Part shown: positions 26,539-38,000 of the stretch, one piece after another
Numbering within the stretch: position 1 is the stretch's first letter
Layout: each line of letters starts with the position of its first letter
Assembly (NCBI GenBank): GCA_977017645.1
Contig: OZ360240.1
Span: 71,176,001 to 71,240,000 of the forward strand
Source of the DNA: Torpedo marmorata
Lineage: Eukaryota
DNA: 64,000 nucleotides
Reading direction: 5' to 3'
Translations under genes and position numbers: made by a program
The notes under the pieces: model-generated
Told to the model about the DNA's origin: nothing
What the model saw: the letters and a program-made list of their open reading frames with translations, nothing else
Database searches by the model: none

Positions 26539-28076
26539 AAACCCTATTATTCTTACAGCTATTTGCAATCTCCTGATATAGTTGCTACTCTAATTCATGC
26601 TGACTGTCAAGGTTCTTTGGTTCAATCCCAAATTCATCACCACCTTCTCATTTCTAAGTTCCACCCATATAGCCTCTCTGTACAATCCCCCAGCATGTAC
26701 CACAGGATGTTGTCCCAAATTAAAACACATTATCCCCTGCTCTCTTACCTCCACCTCTATCACACTAGAAGTATCTGCACACCAGAACACCGCTGCCAGT
26801 CCTCCTCAAGCACATTACTGTTATAACATCCCAGTCCCACGTACCTGTTCTAGCCACGAGTTTATCTGCCTTATCTGTCAGGCCTTTCATTAAAATAAAT
26901 GCAGTTTCATCTATCAGGCCTTCCTCGCTCCATTGTTTGTTTTAATTTTCACATCTGCCTCAACTTTAACATCTGCTACACGACTGTTATTGGTCCTACC
27001 TCCCTACTCAGCTAATTTAAACCCTCACAAGTAGTTCTAGCAAATCTCTGTCAGAATATTGGCTCTCTTCTGGTTCAGGTACACCCCATCCCTCTTGTGC
27101 AGGTTAACCCTGCCCCAGAAGAGATCCCAAGAATATGAACCTCTCCCCTCCTGCACCAGCTCCTCAGCAACACACTGATCTGCACGATCCTCCTATTCAT
27201 ACCCTCACTAGCATGTGCACCAGGAGTAATTCAGAGATTACAACCATAGAGGTCTTGCTTTTTAACCTTTTGTCCAACTGCCTATATTCACTTTGCAAGA
27301 CCTCACCCCCTTTTCTACCTGTCTACAAAGACCTTTGATCCAGAGAATCAGGGTGCATCACAACATGCGTATCTGCTATAGCCACGTCCAGAGGATCCGT
27401 TGGTCTTTAGTCTCATGTTTTCCTGGTACTTTTTATCCCTAGCTATTAGGATTGGTTCATTCTCCTTCCTTCTAGCCCCTTGATTATCTATTATTGATGT
27501 TTTTAGTGTCTACTGCCATGTAGACCGATCCAAGGTAATTATTTAAAACTGCCATTTTTCTATTTGCCATTCATTCCCCACTCTCATCGTCTAACAGAGG
27601 AACTTTGGCAATTCTCTTCCTTTGCCTGGAGAAGCTCTATGTCCAATTTTATATTTGCTAGTCAGTCCCATACTCTTATCTTTCCCCTCTTTACAAATTA
27701 TTGGTTATTCTTCGCTAGTTTCTATACATTTCCAGGTCTACTGTGCTAATTTTTGCAATATTTTCTGCCTTTTCTTTCCTCCTACGATTTCTTAGTTCTG
27801 GTCAAAGCTCATCAACTTGACCCAATAGTACCACATGCTGCCAAACCTGCTGGGAACTTCCAGCATTCTGTTTCAGGTTTCTTGTGACTGCAGCGTCTTG
27901 GTGGTCCTAGCCTTGGGCAGGAAGATACAAAGGGGATCCAAGTCAACATGTTCTTTTACAACGAACTGGAGAACAGGAAATCACTGCCTGTAGGGGTGGT
28001 GGAATGTCAACCAGGACCTTTGAAAGGGAATTACATGGGCAGGTGAGAGAGGGCAACTCTACTCAGAACCAGCAAG

Positions 28077-28821
28077 TAAAAAAACACAAATGCTGGAGAA
28101 ACTCAGCAGGTCAAACAGTGTCTTTTATGTAGCAAAGGTAGAAATACATAACCGACGTTTCGGGCTTGAGCCCTTCATCAAAGTATGAGAAAATGCCGGC
28201 AGGCATCCGAACAAAAGAGTGAGGGGGGGAAAGGTGGGGTGGCAAAGGCAGGAGATGATAGGTGGAGAAAGGAGGGAGGGGACAGCAGCAAAGAGGGGGA
28301 GGAGGGATGGCTGGGTGGGTGGAAAAAAAACAGGAAGGACAGGTGAGGGGGGAGGGGAAGGAAAAGACAAGCAGGTTTAGTGGAAAGCAGAAAAGTCAAT
28401 GTTGATGCCAAATGGCTGGAGAGTGCCCAGACGGAAAATGAGATGTTGTTCCTCCAATTTGCGGGTAGTCTGGGTGGGATAGTACATAAGGCCATGGACA
28501 GACATGTGAGTATGGGAGTGTGACTCAGAATTGAAATGGCTGGCTACTGGGAGGTCGCTGTTGTTGCGGACGGAGAGGAGGTGCTCAGCAAAGCGATCTC
28601 CCAATCTACGACCGGTCTCTCCGATGTAGAGAAACCCACAAAGGGAGCACCGGATACAGTAAATAAGTTCTCTGGATGTACAAGTGAAGTGTAGTTTCAC
28701 TTGAAAGGCCTGTTTGGGGCTACATGTTTGCTACATAAAAGACACTGTTTGACCTCTGCGTTTCTCCAGCATTTGTGTTTTTTACTTCAACCACGGTGTC
28801 TACAGATTTTCGTGTTTTACT
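28077..28821 (-). mobile_element. 5'-truncated Penelope-like element: GIY-YIG endonuclease C-terminus, pseudo-LTR with a hammerhead motif, and an inverted pLTR segment
   Basis: Peptide FTCTSRELIYCIRCSLCGFLYIGETGRRLGDRFAEH..PVASHFN; TSD tcagaaccagcaag at 28063-28076 and 28822-28835; 28727-28787 is an inverted copy of about 28075-28136. Confidence 0.88.
28147..28187 (-). ncRNA. Minimal type I hammerhead ribozyme motif (PLE-associated, U3 variant)
   Basis: Minus strand reads CATACT-TTGATGA-A-GGGC-TCAA-GCCC-GAAACGTC-GGTTATG. Confidence 0.65.
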
Positions 28822-30729
28822 TCAGAACCAGCAAGAACTGAATGGACAAAAAATTCTGCTCCAATGCCCAGACCATTCTACGATTCTGTGGAAGGCCGAG
28901 AAAGCAATTAAGCTGTATCAAAAATCACCTCATCTTAGAAGACAGAACCAACTAACATCAATTCAGGCATTGGATTTGGACAGCAATGGTATCTAACCCA
29001 CGACAAATCTCCAGCAACTGGGGTCCAAACTGGTGTACTGTGAACACCAAAAAAAGCCTTCCTTAATCAAACGTACCGAATTGTACCCTTCAGTCAGCAT
29101 CCCGGACCCCATCACAACCACTGTGTACCTCTAGGTTCAAGAACAGTATTGTTCCAATGGCTATCAGGCTCTTGAACCTCCCCTTGTTACACTAATCAGA
29201 GACTGCTCCAACACCACAAATGGACTGTAATGCCACTTTTTTTTGCACTACAATAACTGAGTTTTAATCTTTTGTATTTATTGTCTCTTTGAATTCATTA
29301 TGTTTACTTTTGTAGTTTTCTTTAAACAAAGTGCCTGATGGGCTGCAGCAAGTTAAGAATTTTGGTGCACATGCACATTGTACAATGTAAATGACAATAA
29401 ACTCATTATCACACAAGTCTCAGATACATCAGGTGGGCAGTATGGAGGTATATAATTGGCATGAAGTGGTCTTCAACATTTACCCCATGAAGTATCTCGG
29501 CGCCACATCACACTTCATGCTTTCTCTCAGTAGATTAACAGCATTAAGTTTGGAGTAATGGTTTAACAAATGGCTCCTGTAATATTGACATAGTATTTGA
29601 CGCTGCTTTTTCTATAAATACTGCAACTATGTTTTAGGAAAAAGCTTTCAGAGAAACTCTCTATGGAGGAGCTACCCCTCCTCTGTGAAGTATTTAACAG
29701 CAGAGAGGAAGGATGCATGACCCATATTTTGTTGAAAACAAAGCCCTTTGCCACTTTTCCAATATCCAGCTGAGGCTGATGTGTGGTGTTAGAAGGGCTG
29801 TCTAATGAAAACTGAAATCTAGACCCTGTGCCTGAATGGGCACTGAGAGATTTAAGTGATATATCACACCATGGAATAAATAAAGATGTCTAACCCACTG
29901 GATTCCCAGACCAATAAACTGGCTAAACAGAGACCGTGGAGGGAAACCTTACGACCTATGCTGAGTTGGGTGCTCGAGATATACGAGAACCAGCTCAGGT
30001 GAAGATGTTACGTAAAGGCCAATGGCCACAGAGGCAGAGAGCTGTACTGTGCCACGAAACCCTCAAATGAGATCCTGCAGAATGCATTGTGTGCACCAAA
30101 AAGGGCATTGCATCCCCCTGCAAAAAAAATAATTGACTATTAACTATAGTTTGTATGCAACCAGGAGTATGGCAAATCTTTTGGTGGTCTATTTACAGCC
30201 AACACTGCTGGCCAATGATGGCGAATTCTTTCAGCAGAGATCTAAATGCACGCACAATCAGGGGTACAGCCTGGCAGAACAGCTACCGCACGAGAATATA
30301 GGAAGCTACAGGAAAGTCGTCATTAAGGTATAAAGGGTGCAGCAAAGATTTACAAGAATATTACCATGACTAACAAGCTTGAATTAGAAGGAGAGTCTGG
30401 CACTTTTCTCCCTGGAGCACAGGAGGCTAGGAAGGAGCTTGGAGGTTTATAAAATCATGAAGGGAATAAACAAGATGAAAAGTCAGTCTTTTTCCCAGCA
30501 TAGGGAAATCAAAAACCAGAGGCCATAGATTTAATGTGAGAGGAAAAAAGATTTAAAAAATGGCCCTTGGGTCAACTTTTTCCAGAGGGTGGGGGGGGGG
30601 GGGGGGCGGTGATATGGAACAAGCTGCCAGAGGAAATGATAGAAGCGAAAACAATTGTACTGTTCAAGAGACATTTAGACAGGTACCTGGATACAGGAAC
30701 TTGCTACAGAAAAGATATCAATAAGATTA

Positions 30730-30995
30730 GGGCGGCATGGTTGGCGTAGCGGTTAGTGCAATGCCTTTATAGCGCCAGCGATCAGGACCGGACCGGGGTT
30801 CGAATCCCGCGCTGTCTGTAAGGAGTTTGTATGTTCTCCCCGTGTCTGCGTGGGTTTTCTCCGGGGGCTCCAGTTTCCTCCCGCCGTTCAAATCGTACCG
30901 GGGGTGTAGGTTAATGGAGTGTAAGTTGGGCTGCACGGACCCGTGGGCCGAAATGGCCTATTACCATGCTGTATGTCTAAATTTTAAAAAATTTA
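30730..30995 (+). mobile_element. tRNA-derived V-SINE/HE1-like SINE inserted in CR1
   Basis: A box tggcgtagcggtt, B box ggttcgaatcc, V-domain-like ggagtttgtatgttctccccgtgtctgcgtgggttt, tail tgtctaaattttaaa. Confidence 0.8.
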
Positions 30996-31756
30996 AAGAT
31001 TGAAACAGAGCAGAGAAAATTTACAAGAATGTTGCCAGGGCTTGAGGAGCTGAGTTACAGGAAAAGGTTAAATAGATTAGGACTTTATTCCCTGGAGCGT
31101 CGAAGGAGAGATTTCAGAGTTAAACAAAATTATGAGGGGTATTGATGGAGTAAATGCAAGCAGGATTTTTCCTCTGAAGTTAGGTGATCTGGAGCTCGGG
31201 TTGCCGATGAATCGAACAGGAGTCTGTGAGGCTGCAGAGACTGCATGAGCACTGGAGGCAAATCCACGGACACTCAGTGACTCTGAAGGGACTCTCTTTT
31301 GCTTCTCTTTCTCTTGTATTGTAAGGGGCACCAGGCAATATTAATGGCGACTCTTTGTCTGCCTTAAGGCAGGCAAAAGTTAAAATATATCATGTATGTT
31401 ACGCTTTTAATGCATTATTACGTGACAAAAAAAGGAACCTTGAACCCTGAGAGAAGAACTAGAGGACATGAGTTAAGGGTGAAAGGTGAAATATTTAAAG
31501 GCAACATTCGGGGAAACTTCTTCACGCAGAGTGGTGAGAGTGTGGAACGAGCTGCTGGCTTAAATGGTGAATGTGGGCTCAATTTCAAAATTTAAGAGAA
31601 ATTTGGATAGGTACATGGATGGAGGGATATGGAGGGCTAAAGGCCGGGTGCAAGTCAATAGGCCAAGGCAGAATAATAGTGCGACATGGACTAGATGGGC
31701 CAAAGGGCCAGTTTCTGTGCTGTAGTGTTCTATGGTTCTCAAGGAAAGGTTTAGAG

Positions 31757-32132
31757 CGGTGGTTTTCAAACTGCCCCCCTAAACTCACATTCCACCTTAA
31801 GCAATCCCTGTGCCATAAGTGCTCAGTGATTAATAAGGGATTACTTAAGGTGGTATGTGAGTGGAAAGAAAAAGTTTGAAAACCACTGTTTTAATTGTAC
31901 CTAATTGACTCGTTATGAGCACGGTTTCATAACTCCAAAGGAAATGGGCCAATGACAATTTTTCTCAAGCAAAATATTTCAGTAACAATTGGGTCTAGAG
32001 CAGTAGTTCTCAACCTCTTTTTCCCCACTCACATACCACCCTAAGTAATCTCTTACTAATCACAGAGCACTTATGGCATAGGGATTACTTAAGGTGGAAT
32101 GTGAGTTTAGGGGGGCAGTTTGAAAACCACTG
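31757..32132. mobile_element. hAT (Charlie-like) composite MITE
   Basis: Ends C(G)GTGGTTTTCAAAC / GTTTGAAAACCACTG, 8-bp TSD gtttagag, long internal inverted repeat. Confidence 0.88.
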
Positions 32133-33699
32133 GTTTAGAGGAATGTGGGTCAAATGCAGGCAAATGGAATTAGCTTGGCTGGCATGGACAAGTTGGACTG
32201 AAGGGCCTGTTTCTGTGCTTGAGAACTCTGAGACAGTTAACTTGAGGAATCTGTGAAGTTCTTGAATACCAAGCTCGAAATGTTGGATGAACAAGAGTGA
32301 GAAGTACATGGGATGAAGTATGAGACAATAGGCAGGATGGCTCAGCTGTTGCAAGTATTGTGAGCAGCAAAAAGAGCAGCTGAATACAAAATACCCCACA
32401 CATGGGAACAGTGGTTGCAACATCATTGGTCCAAAGTGCACGAAGAGGACATGAGAAGTCACTGGAGTGGACAAGAGAAGCCACGCAGGGACAGAGTTTG
32501 ATTCAGAGCACCAGATACCAAATGGGGTCAGCTCTGGAAGGAACCGCCCCCCCAAAACATTGGCACCACACAAGTGACACAACAAGAAGTGACGCAACTT
32601 GCAAGTTTAAGCTAGAAGTTTAAGTTTCTCACAAAATATCTAGTAGAGTAAGAATAGTCCTTCTGCAGGCAGACCAACAGATCATCCCTAACATTCACAT
32701 AGCTGTGTGAAGAGCACAATTACCGGAGTATAGGATTGCAATGTAAAGGAAGATCAATTAGCACCAAGGGCAGCAGGACAGCACTGTTCTGGGATTCATT
32801 CAGGAGCCTGATGGCTGCAGGGAAGAAACTGTCTTTTCTTGGCAGTAGATGGAGTCTATGGAAGGGAGGGTACTTTGTGATGTTCTGAGTCACATTTACC
32901 ACCTTCCGCAGCTTTTTTAATCTTAGGTAGAACAGCTCCTGTACCATGCTGTGATGTATCCAGCAAGTCTGCTTTCAATGGTGCACCAGTAGAAGTTGTT
33001 GAGGGACAGGGGGACATGCCGAACTTCCTTAGTCTTCCAAGAAAGTGAAGGCGCTGGTGTGGTTTCATGACCGAAGGCATTCGTGCTCTTTTGTCACACA
33101 CCCCTGAAGCAAGTCTTGGTGCAACGCAGTACTTGGAAGGTATTCACTGCACAGTCTCTATTGTTTAGCCAGTTTTCTTGCCTGGAAATCCAGTGGCTTG
33201 GGCATCTTTATTTGTTGCCTGGTGTGCTATATCACTTGAATCTCTCAGCACAAATTCACATGTTTACTGCAGAGACAGAGCCTAAAGTTCATGTTCATCC
33301 ATCAGCTCTTCTACCGCCAGCATCACCTGGGCACCAGAGTACTGGGAAAGTGTGTTCTTTTACACACAACGAACTTGGGAAGGCCTGCACTGTCAACATA
33401 GATGACACTGAAGTCAGCTGGTGAATGACAAAGAATCAAGAGAAACAGATTGTTTTTTATCTTAATAGATCAGAAACCTGTGTAACTGGCATCCAGCAGA
33501 TGGGAGTGATAAAGAACATAGAACATAACAGCACAGTACAGGCCCTTCAGCCCATGATGTTGTGCTGACCTATGCAAACCTACCTCACAACAATCTAATC
33601 CTTCCCTACCTCACACCCATAACCCTCTATTTTTCCTTACATGTCTAAAGGTTCCCTAGGACAGGACTCTGGGGAACTATCAGAGATCTACCCTTCTTA

Positions 33700-33931
33700 G
33701 CTCTCTTATCTCCCCTCTCAGCTTCTGTCTCTTCTACCCTTTCACCTGTATCCACCTATCATTCTTAACCTCCTCCCCCTTCCCCCCTCCTCTCCTCACC
33801 ACCTTTTTATTCATGCATCTACCTGTTTTTTTCTGATTCCTATCGAAGGGCTCAGGCCAAAAATGTTGGTTACCTTTCACTTCCGATGGACGCTGTGTGA
33901 TCTGTTGAGTTTCTCCAGCACATTTGTGTAT
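33700..33931 (+). repeat. Degenerate Penelope pLTR copy; others at about 2170-2262, 6755-6865, 7395-7480, 11088-11310, 16968-17080, 27800-27905, 40080-40140 and 41440-41500
   Basis: Pyrimidine tract, then gaagggctcaggcc.aaa.gttgg, then ctgctgagtttctccagca, shared with the 28 kb element. Confidence 0.65.
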
Positions 33932-34359
33932 TGCTCTTGGCAGAGTCAAGACTGGCCAGAGATATCCAGTCCTGGAGCTGAACAGGTTAGAGTGACAAGT
34001 CTATGTAAACTTTTCCAAAGCGAGAAGCTCAATGTCTCCTCTTTATGTGAACTCAACAAATGGGAGAAGGAGATCTAGAATCCACAATCTTGGTTTCAGC
34101 TTTAGATGGCTGCTGATGAATCAAGAGAGTTTACTAGCTCCGTTAGAGTGCCCTAAATACTTGCAAGGGCTGGGGCAAGAATTGGGTGAAAGGTGGGCTT
34201 TATGCTCCTCCCAATATTGACTTGAATAGAAAATAAAATTAGGGCAAATTGAGTGGAATGTAATTTGCCCTAATTTTATTTTATTCCACTCAATCCCTGT
34301 TTTCCAAAGATTGGTTGGGTTAAAGACCATCACAATTCAGCAGCACGCTCTGTACTTAC

Positions 34360-34444
34360 AATCCGCTGCCTCTCTCTCTTCTTCCAACGTAAATGTGCAT
34401 TTGCTGCTGCCATGGCCTCGATAACAAATGTTGTGGTCATATAG
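34360..34444 (-). CDS. TMEM104: TMEM104 coding exon 3 (YMTTTFVIEAMAAANAHLRWKKRERQRI)
   Basis: Matches the recalled FVTTTFVIEAMAAANAQLHWKR; acceptor ctccctgcag|, donor ATT|GTAAGT; 85 nt, phase 2 to 0. Not in the ORF track. Confidence 0.95.
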
Positions 34445-35007
34445 CTGCAGGGAGAAGGAATGTTAAAGGTTCATTTAATGCAAAGCGCTCCAAATAAACC
34501 ATCAGCCTAATGCAATCCTTCATAAAAGGGCACACATTTATTCCTCAATAAACCAAGTCATAATACTTTCCACCCAGTCTAAAACCACGCCAGCCATTAC
34601 CAAAGAGTCAAAGGTCAAACTGGACTAAAAGTAACTGGAATCAATTAAATTCTGGAAACACTCCAGTCAACCAACATATAAGAGAAAAGTTGATAACCAA
34701 TAATCGGTGCAGCACAGTGGTGCAGCCACCTCCCAGCTCTGGGGACCCTGGTTCAATCCTGTCCTTTGGTGGTGTCGGGTGTGGAGTTCGCATGCTCTCC
34801 CTGTGACTCCTTAGATTTCCCCTGGGTGCTCCGGATTTCTCCCATATCCCAGACATGGAAGTTATAAATTTCCTTGGTGTGTCAGTGAGAGATGGAACCC
34901 GGGATGAGGTGATGCGAATAAAAATAAGACGTTTAATTGGTGTGAATAAGCCTATGGTCAGGACAGACTCAGTGGGCTGAAGGCCCGATTCCTCATTGTA
35001 ATGTCTC

Positions 35008-38000
35008 TGTTAAAGTTTGTGGACATTTAAACATTATCTTGTGGCATTGTAAAGAATTCTGGGACTGTTTCTATAAAAGTTGGCCAACATAGAATGCAAA
35101 GGATTATGAGATTGTAACTTTAGTTGAACTTTAAGTTTCGGTTTCTGAAGAAGTGATTATGACTTCATTACCCCAGAAAGGCGGTCATATAAATCAGTTG
35201 TAATGCTTTTATCATCAAGAAGGGACAACATTAGATATTTCACCGTCGCAAGTTTCTTTGCCAAGTACTTCAGGAAAAGAGGATGAGGCCGAGATCGAAA
35301 TTGATGAAGAACAAGTTCATAAGGACCTTGAAGAAGCTAAATGAAGATATGATAATAAATGTTATGTAAAATCTGTTGGGGGGGAGGGTGGACTTTTTGT
35401 TTTCTCCTTCCTAGCCGCATACCACCTTAGTGGCGACGGCCACTTCACGAGTAATGGAGGGGGTAATACTGGGGTGATTTTGCCAGTATTTTATTTTCTT
35501 TTTCTTTTTAAGGAAATGTCAAATAGATAACGAATGTGGAGGAGGGTGCTGGTGGATCTGATGGAGAGAGAGTTATTAAGATTTAGTAATGATGGATAGT
35601 AAAACAATAAATGTAGTAAGTATTAATATAAATGGGCTAAATAACCCGATTAAAAGGAAGAAAACTTTAGCGTATATTAAAAAGTTAAATGTAGATATAG
35701 CTTTTTTACAAGAGACACATTTGACAGATTTAGAACATTAGAAGTTGAAGAGAGAATGGGTTGGTCAAGTGGTTGCATCTTCATTTAATTCTAAAGCAAG
35801 AGGAGTTGCTATATTAGTATATAAAAAGTTACCTTTTAAAATACAATCTGTGGTTATAGATGTGGTAGGTAGATATGTTTTAATACATTGTCAGATATAT
35901 TCGGAGATGTGGACACTTATGAATATATATGTACCAAATATCGAAGATGAACAATTTATTCAAGATTCTTTTATGCATTTGTCAGAAGCTAATGATAATA
36001 TTTTAATTGGTGGGGATTTTAATTGTTGTTTAGATCCGATAATGGATAAAACATCAAAATCAGTTGTTAAATCTAAAATTGCTAAAAGAATTCTTATTTT
36101 GATGAAAGAGTTAAACTTAATATATATTTGGAGAAAATTGAACCCTAGAGAAAAAGATTATTCTTTTTATTCTTTTAGACATGATTCATATTCTAGGATA
36201 GATATGTTTTTATTGTCCTCACAAGTCCAAGATAGGGTAACACAAGCACGTTATAAAGCAAGAATAATTTCTGATCATTCGCCTTTATTAATGTCTTGTA
36301 TAATTCCAGAAAAAGAAAAAACTATATATAGGTGGAGATTTAATTCCTCTTTATTAAAAAGAATGGATTTTTGTGATTATATAAGAGAAATTCAAGAATT
36401 TTTACAGATTAATTCTAATTCGATTGATAATAAATTTATTATTTGGGAAGCTTTAAAGGCTTATTTAAAAGGCCAAATAATAAGTTATTCAGCAAAAATT
36501 AAGAAGGAATATGTTTGGGAGGTGGATAATTTGGAGAGGGAGATTGAATTTTTGGAGAAGGACTTGCAAAAAAAAGATCAGAAGAAGAAAAATTTAATTG
36601 GGAAAAAATTGCATTATAATATGTTACAAACATACAAAATGGAAAAATTAATTGAAAGAACTAAGCAAAGATATTATGAATTGGGAGGAAGAGCTCATAA
36701 AGTGTTGGCGTGGCAATTAAAGAAAGATCAAACTTCTAGAACTATAAATGCTATAAAAAAGAACTCTAAGAAAATAACAAACCTTGAAAAATAAATGATT
36801 CTTTTAAGGATTTCTATTTGAATTTATATAAATCTCAGATTGATAAAGATGATTCTAAAATTAATGAATTTCTATCTAAAATTAAGTTACCTAGATTAAA
36901 TACTCAAAGTAAAGAATTTTTAGACTCGTCTTTTTCAATGAGGGAAGTTAATGATGTTCTTAGTTCTTTAACGAGTGGTAAATCTCCAGGGGAGGATGGT
37001 TTCCCATCAGAATTTTATAAGGAGTTTAAAGATTTATTGATACCTCCATATATGGATGTGTTGAAACAAATAACGGAAACTCATTCGTTACCGGAAACAT
37101 TTTCGAATGCAATAATTACAGTTATACCTAAAAAAGATAGATGTGTTGAAAATAGAATCATATAGACCAATTTCATTGTTAAATGTGGATTATAAAATAA
37201 TGCAAAAATTTTAGCAAATAGAGTGGCTAATTATTTACCAGATTTAATCCATGTAGATCAAGCCGGTTTTATTAAGAATAGATATTCAAAAGATAACATA
37301 GCTAGATTAATTAGTTTAATTAATGTGGAAAAAAAAGAGATGATCTAGCATTAGTATTAACATTAGATGCTGAAAAGGCTTTTGACAGATTAGAGTGGAA
37401 TTATTTATTTAAGGTATTGGGGAAATTTGGTTTTGGAACTACATTTATTAATTGGATTAAAACTATATATAAAGAACCATCTGCTAAAGTGGTGACAAAT
37501 GGATAAATTTCTTCAAAATTTTCTTTGACTAGGTCAACTAGACAAGGAAGTCCTTTGTCGCCAGCATTGTTTATTTTAGCAATAGAACCTTTGGCAGAAT
37601 TAATTAGACAAGATATTAAGATTGTAGGTATTAAAGTTGGAAGAGAAGAGCATAAAATTAGTTTATTTGCAGATGATGTATTTATTTATATGACAAAACC
37701 TATTACTTCTTTAATACAATTGACTGTTTTATTGAGAGAATATGGGGAAATATCTGGTTATGATTAATTCTGATAAAAGTGAAATTATGGCATTGACACA
37801 AGGGGATTATAGTAAATGTAAAATTACACAATTTAAATGGTCAAAGGAAGGAATTAAATATTTGGGAAAAAAAGATACAAAATTAACTAATTTATATAAA
37901 TTATTTACCATTATTTATGAAAATTAAAAAAGATTTTAAAAGTTGGAAGGACTTACCTATAACTTTAATAGGAAGGGTAAACTGTATTAAAACGAATGTC

